This document shows, in pieces, positions 63,101-64,000 of a stretch of 64,000 nt of DNA. The notes beneath the pieces were generated by a model, which did not search any database, had not been told where the DNA came from, and was given only the letters and a program-made list of their open reading frames with translations. The translations under genes and the position numbers were made by a program. This DNA comes from Scyliorhinus canicula (taxonomy: Eukaryota): the NCBI RefSeq assembly GCF_902713615.1, contig NC_052158.1:13512546-13576545 (forward strand), given 5' to 3'. Every line of letters starts with the position of its first letter. Within the stretch, counting starts at the first letter, position 1.

Positions 63101-64000
63101 GACAAGGCCTTCTGCCAAAAAATATCGCAGGCCATAGGAGATTACGTTAGTAACAACCAAAACATGGAGATCTCACTCTCCACTTATTGGGAGGCACTGG
63201 AGGCCGTGATCAGAGGAGAGATCATAGCCTACAAGGCAAGTAGAGATAGGGAAGAGAGGGTGGCCAGGCAACAGCCAGTGTGCTCCATTCTGGAAGTCGA
63301 TAGAAAGTACTCCGAGGCCCCGACCATAGAGTTTCTGGCAGAGGAAAAAGCTGCAACTGGAGTTTAACCTGTTATCCACTAGGAAATCAGTGTACCAACT
63401 CCGGTAGGCACGAGGGGCCTTCTACGAACACAGAGTCAAGGCTGGCCACCTATTGGCTCACCAGCTGAGAAAGCAGGTAGTGGCACTGAGGTCCCAGGTT
63501 CGATTCCGGCTCTGGGACAGTGTCCGTGTGGAGTTTGCACATCCTCCCCGTATTTGCGTGGGCATCGCCCCCTCAACCCAAAGATGTGCACGGTAGGTGG
63601 ATTGGCCACGTTACATAGCCCCTTAATTGGAAAAAAAATGAATTGGGTACATAACATCTTTTTAAAAAGAGAAAGTAGTCAACCACGAGGGAAATAGTGT
63701 AGGTTAAGGATAGCAAAGGCAGACTGGTGAAAGAGCCAGAGAGCAATCGGGCATTCGGGACCTTCCACCGGAGACTGTACACCTCCGAGCCCCCCGACGG
63801 GGATGCGGGAATGAAACAGTTCCTAGACAGACTGGAACTACCATGTTTCGGGAAGACAGTGGGAGTTGGAAGCACCAATAGACCTGGGAGAAATCATGGA
63901 GTGCATCAGCTCCATTCAGGCGGAGAAGGCACCGGGACCCGACGTGTTCCCGGCAGACTTCTACAAAACATTCGCACCAGTCCTGGCCCCACACCTAAGG
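60198..64000 (+). mobile_element. L1-clade LINE, 5' portion: 5'UTR, frameshifted ORF1 (~60598-61520), disrupted ORF2 endonuclease and start of RT
   Basis: ORF1 motifs RSRWQNNKMMGLPEGIEG, EIDRTHRS, PRAIIAKLH, FGMLFPAKLWVT; ORF2 LNGPVKRSRVFAHL..LQEMHL, ISDH, PGPDVFPADFYKTF; runs off the window end. Confidence 0.9.
63477..63668 (+). mobile_element. SINE inserted in L1 ORF2 with 10-bp TSD
   Basis: gagaaagcag (63467-63476) / gagaaagtag (63669-63678) flank a B-box and V-domain SINE. Confidence 0.8.

Noticed and set aside
1-64000. RAG recombination signal sequences or rearranging V/D/J segments
   Set aside because: Both V exons already contain the J-like GxGT strand and a splice donor; the CACAGTG heptamers I noticed (e.g. 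~25109 and in SINEs) lack a nonamer at 12/23 spacing. Scan was by eye, not exhaustive.

Overview
Vertebrate genomic DNA, very likely a shark/cartilaginous fish (HE1/V-SINE-type SINEs, CR1/L2/RTE/Rex1/L1 LINE remnants). The core content is a small cluster of single-Ig, germline V-J-joined receptor genes resembling NKp30/NCR3 (and Xenopus XMIV). Gene A (+): leader candidate ending at 87, V 959-1297, TM 5469-5603, 7101-7132, 11516-11692; neutral TM and two canonical ITIMs (VVYANL, VVYAAI), but its leader has no in-frame ATG as written. Gene B (-): 53616-53556, 50120-49794, 49465-49331, 46775-46741, probably 45348-45289; same exon/phase architecture, very divergent V domain. Between them lie a probable decayed third V exon (25199-24864, -) and an orphan lysine-containing, activating-type TM exon (~33300-33494, +), which together suggest a paired activating/inhibitory receptor locus under birth-and-death evolution. 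Also present: a full-length but inactivated 5.7-kb PIF/Harbinger transposon (15767-21456; both TIRs, CTG TSD, Myb/SANT-like and DDE genes), related MITEs, a CR1 with a fold-back 5' end, two templated insertions near 30 kb, and the 5' half of an L1. All gene models were assembled by eye from splice signals and reading phases; no database searches were run and repeat boundaries are approximate.
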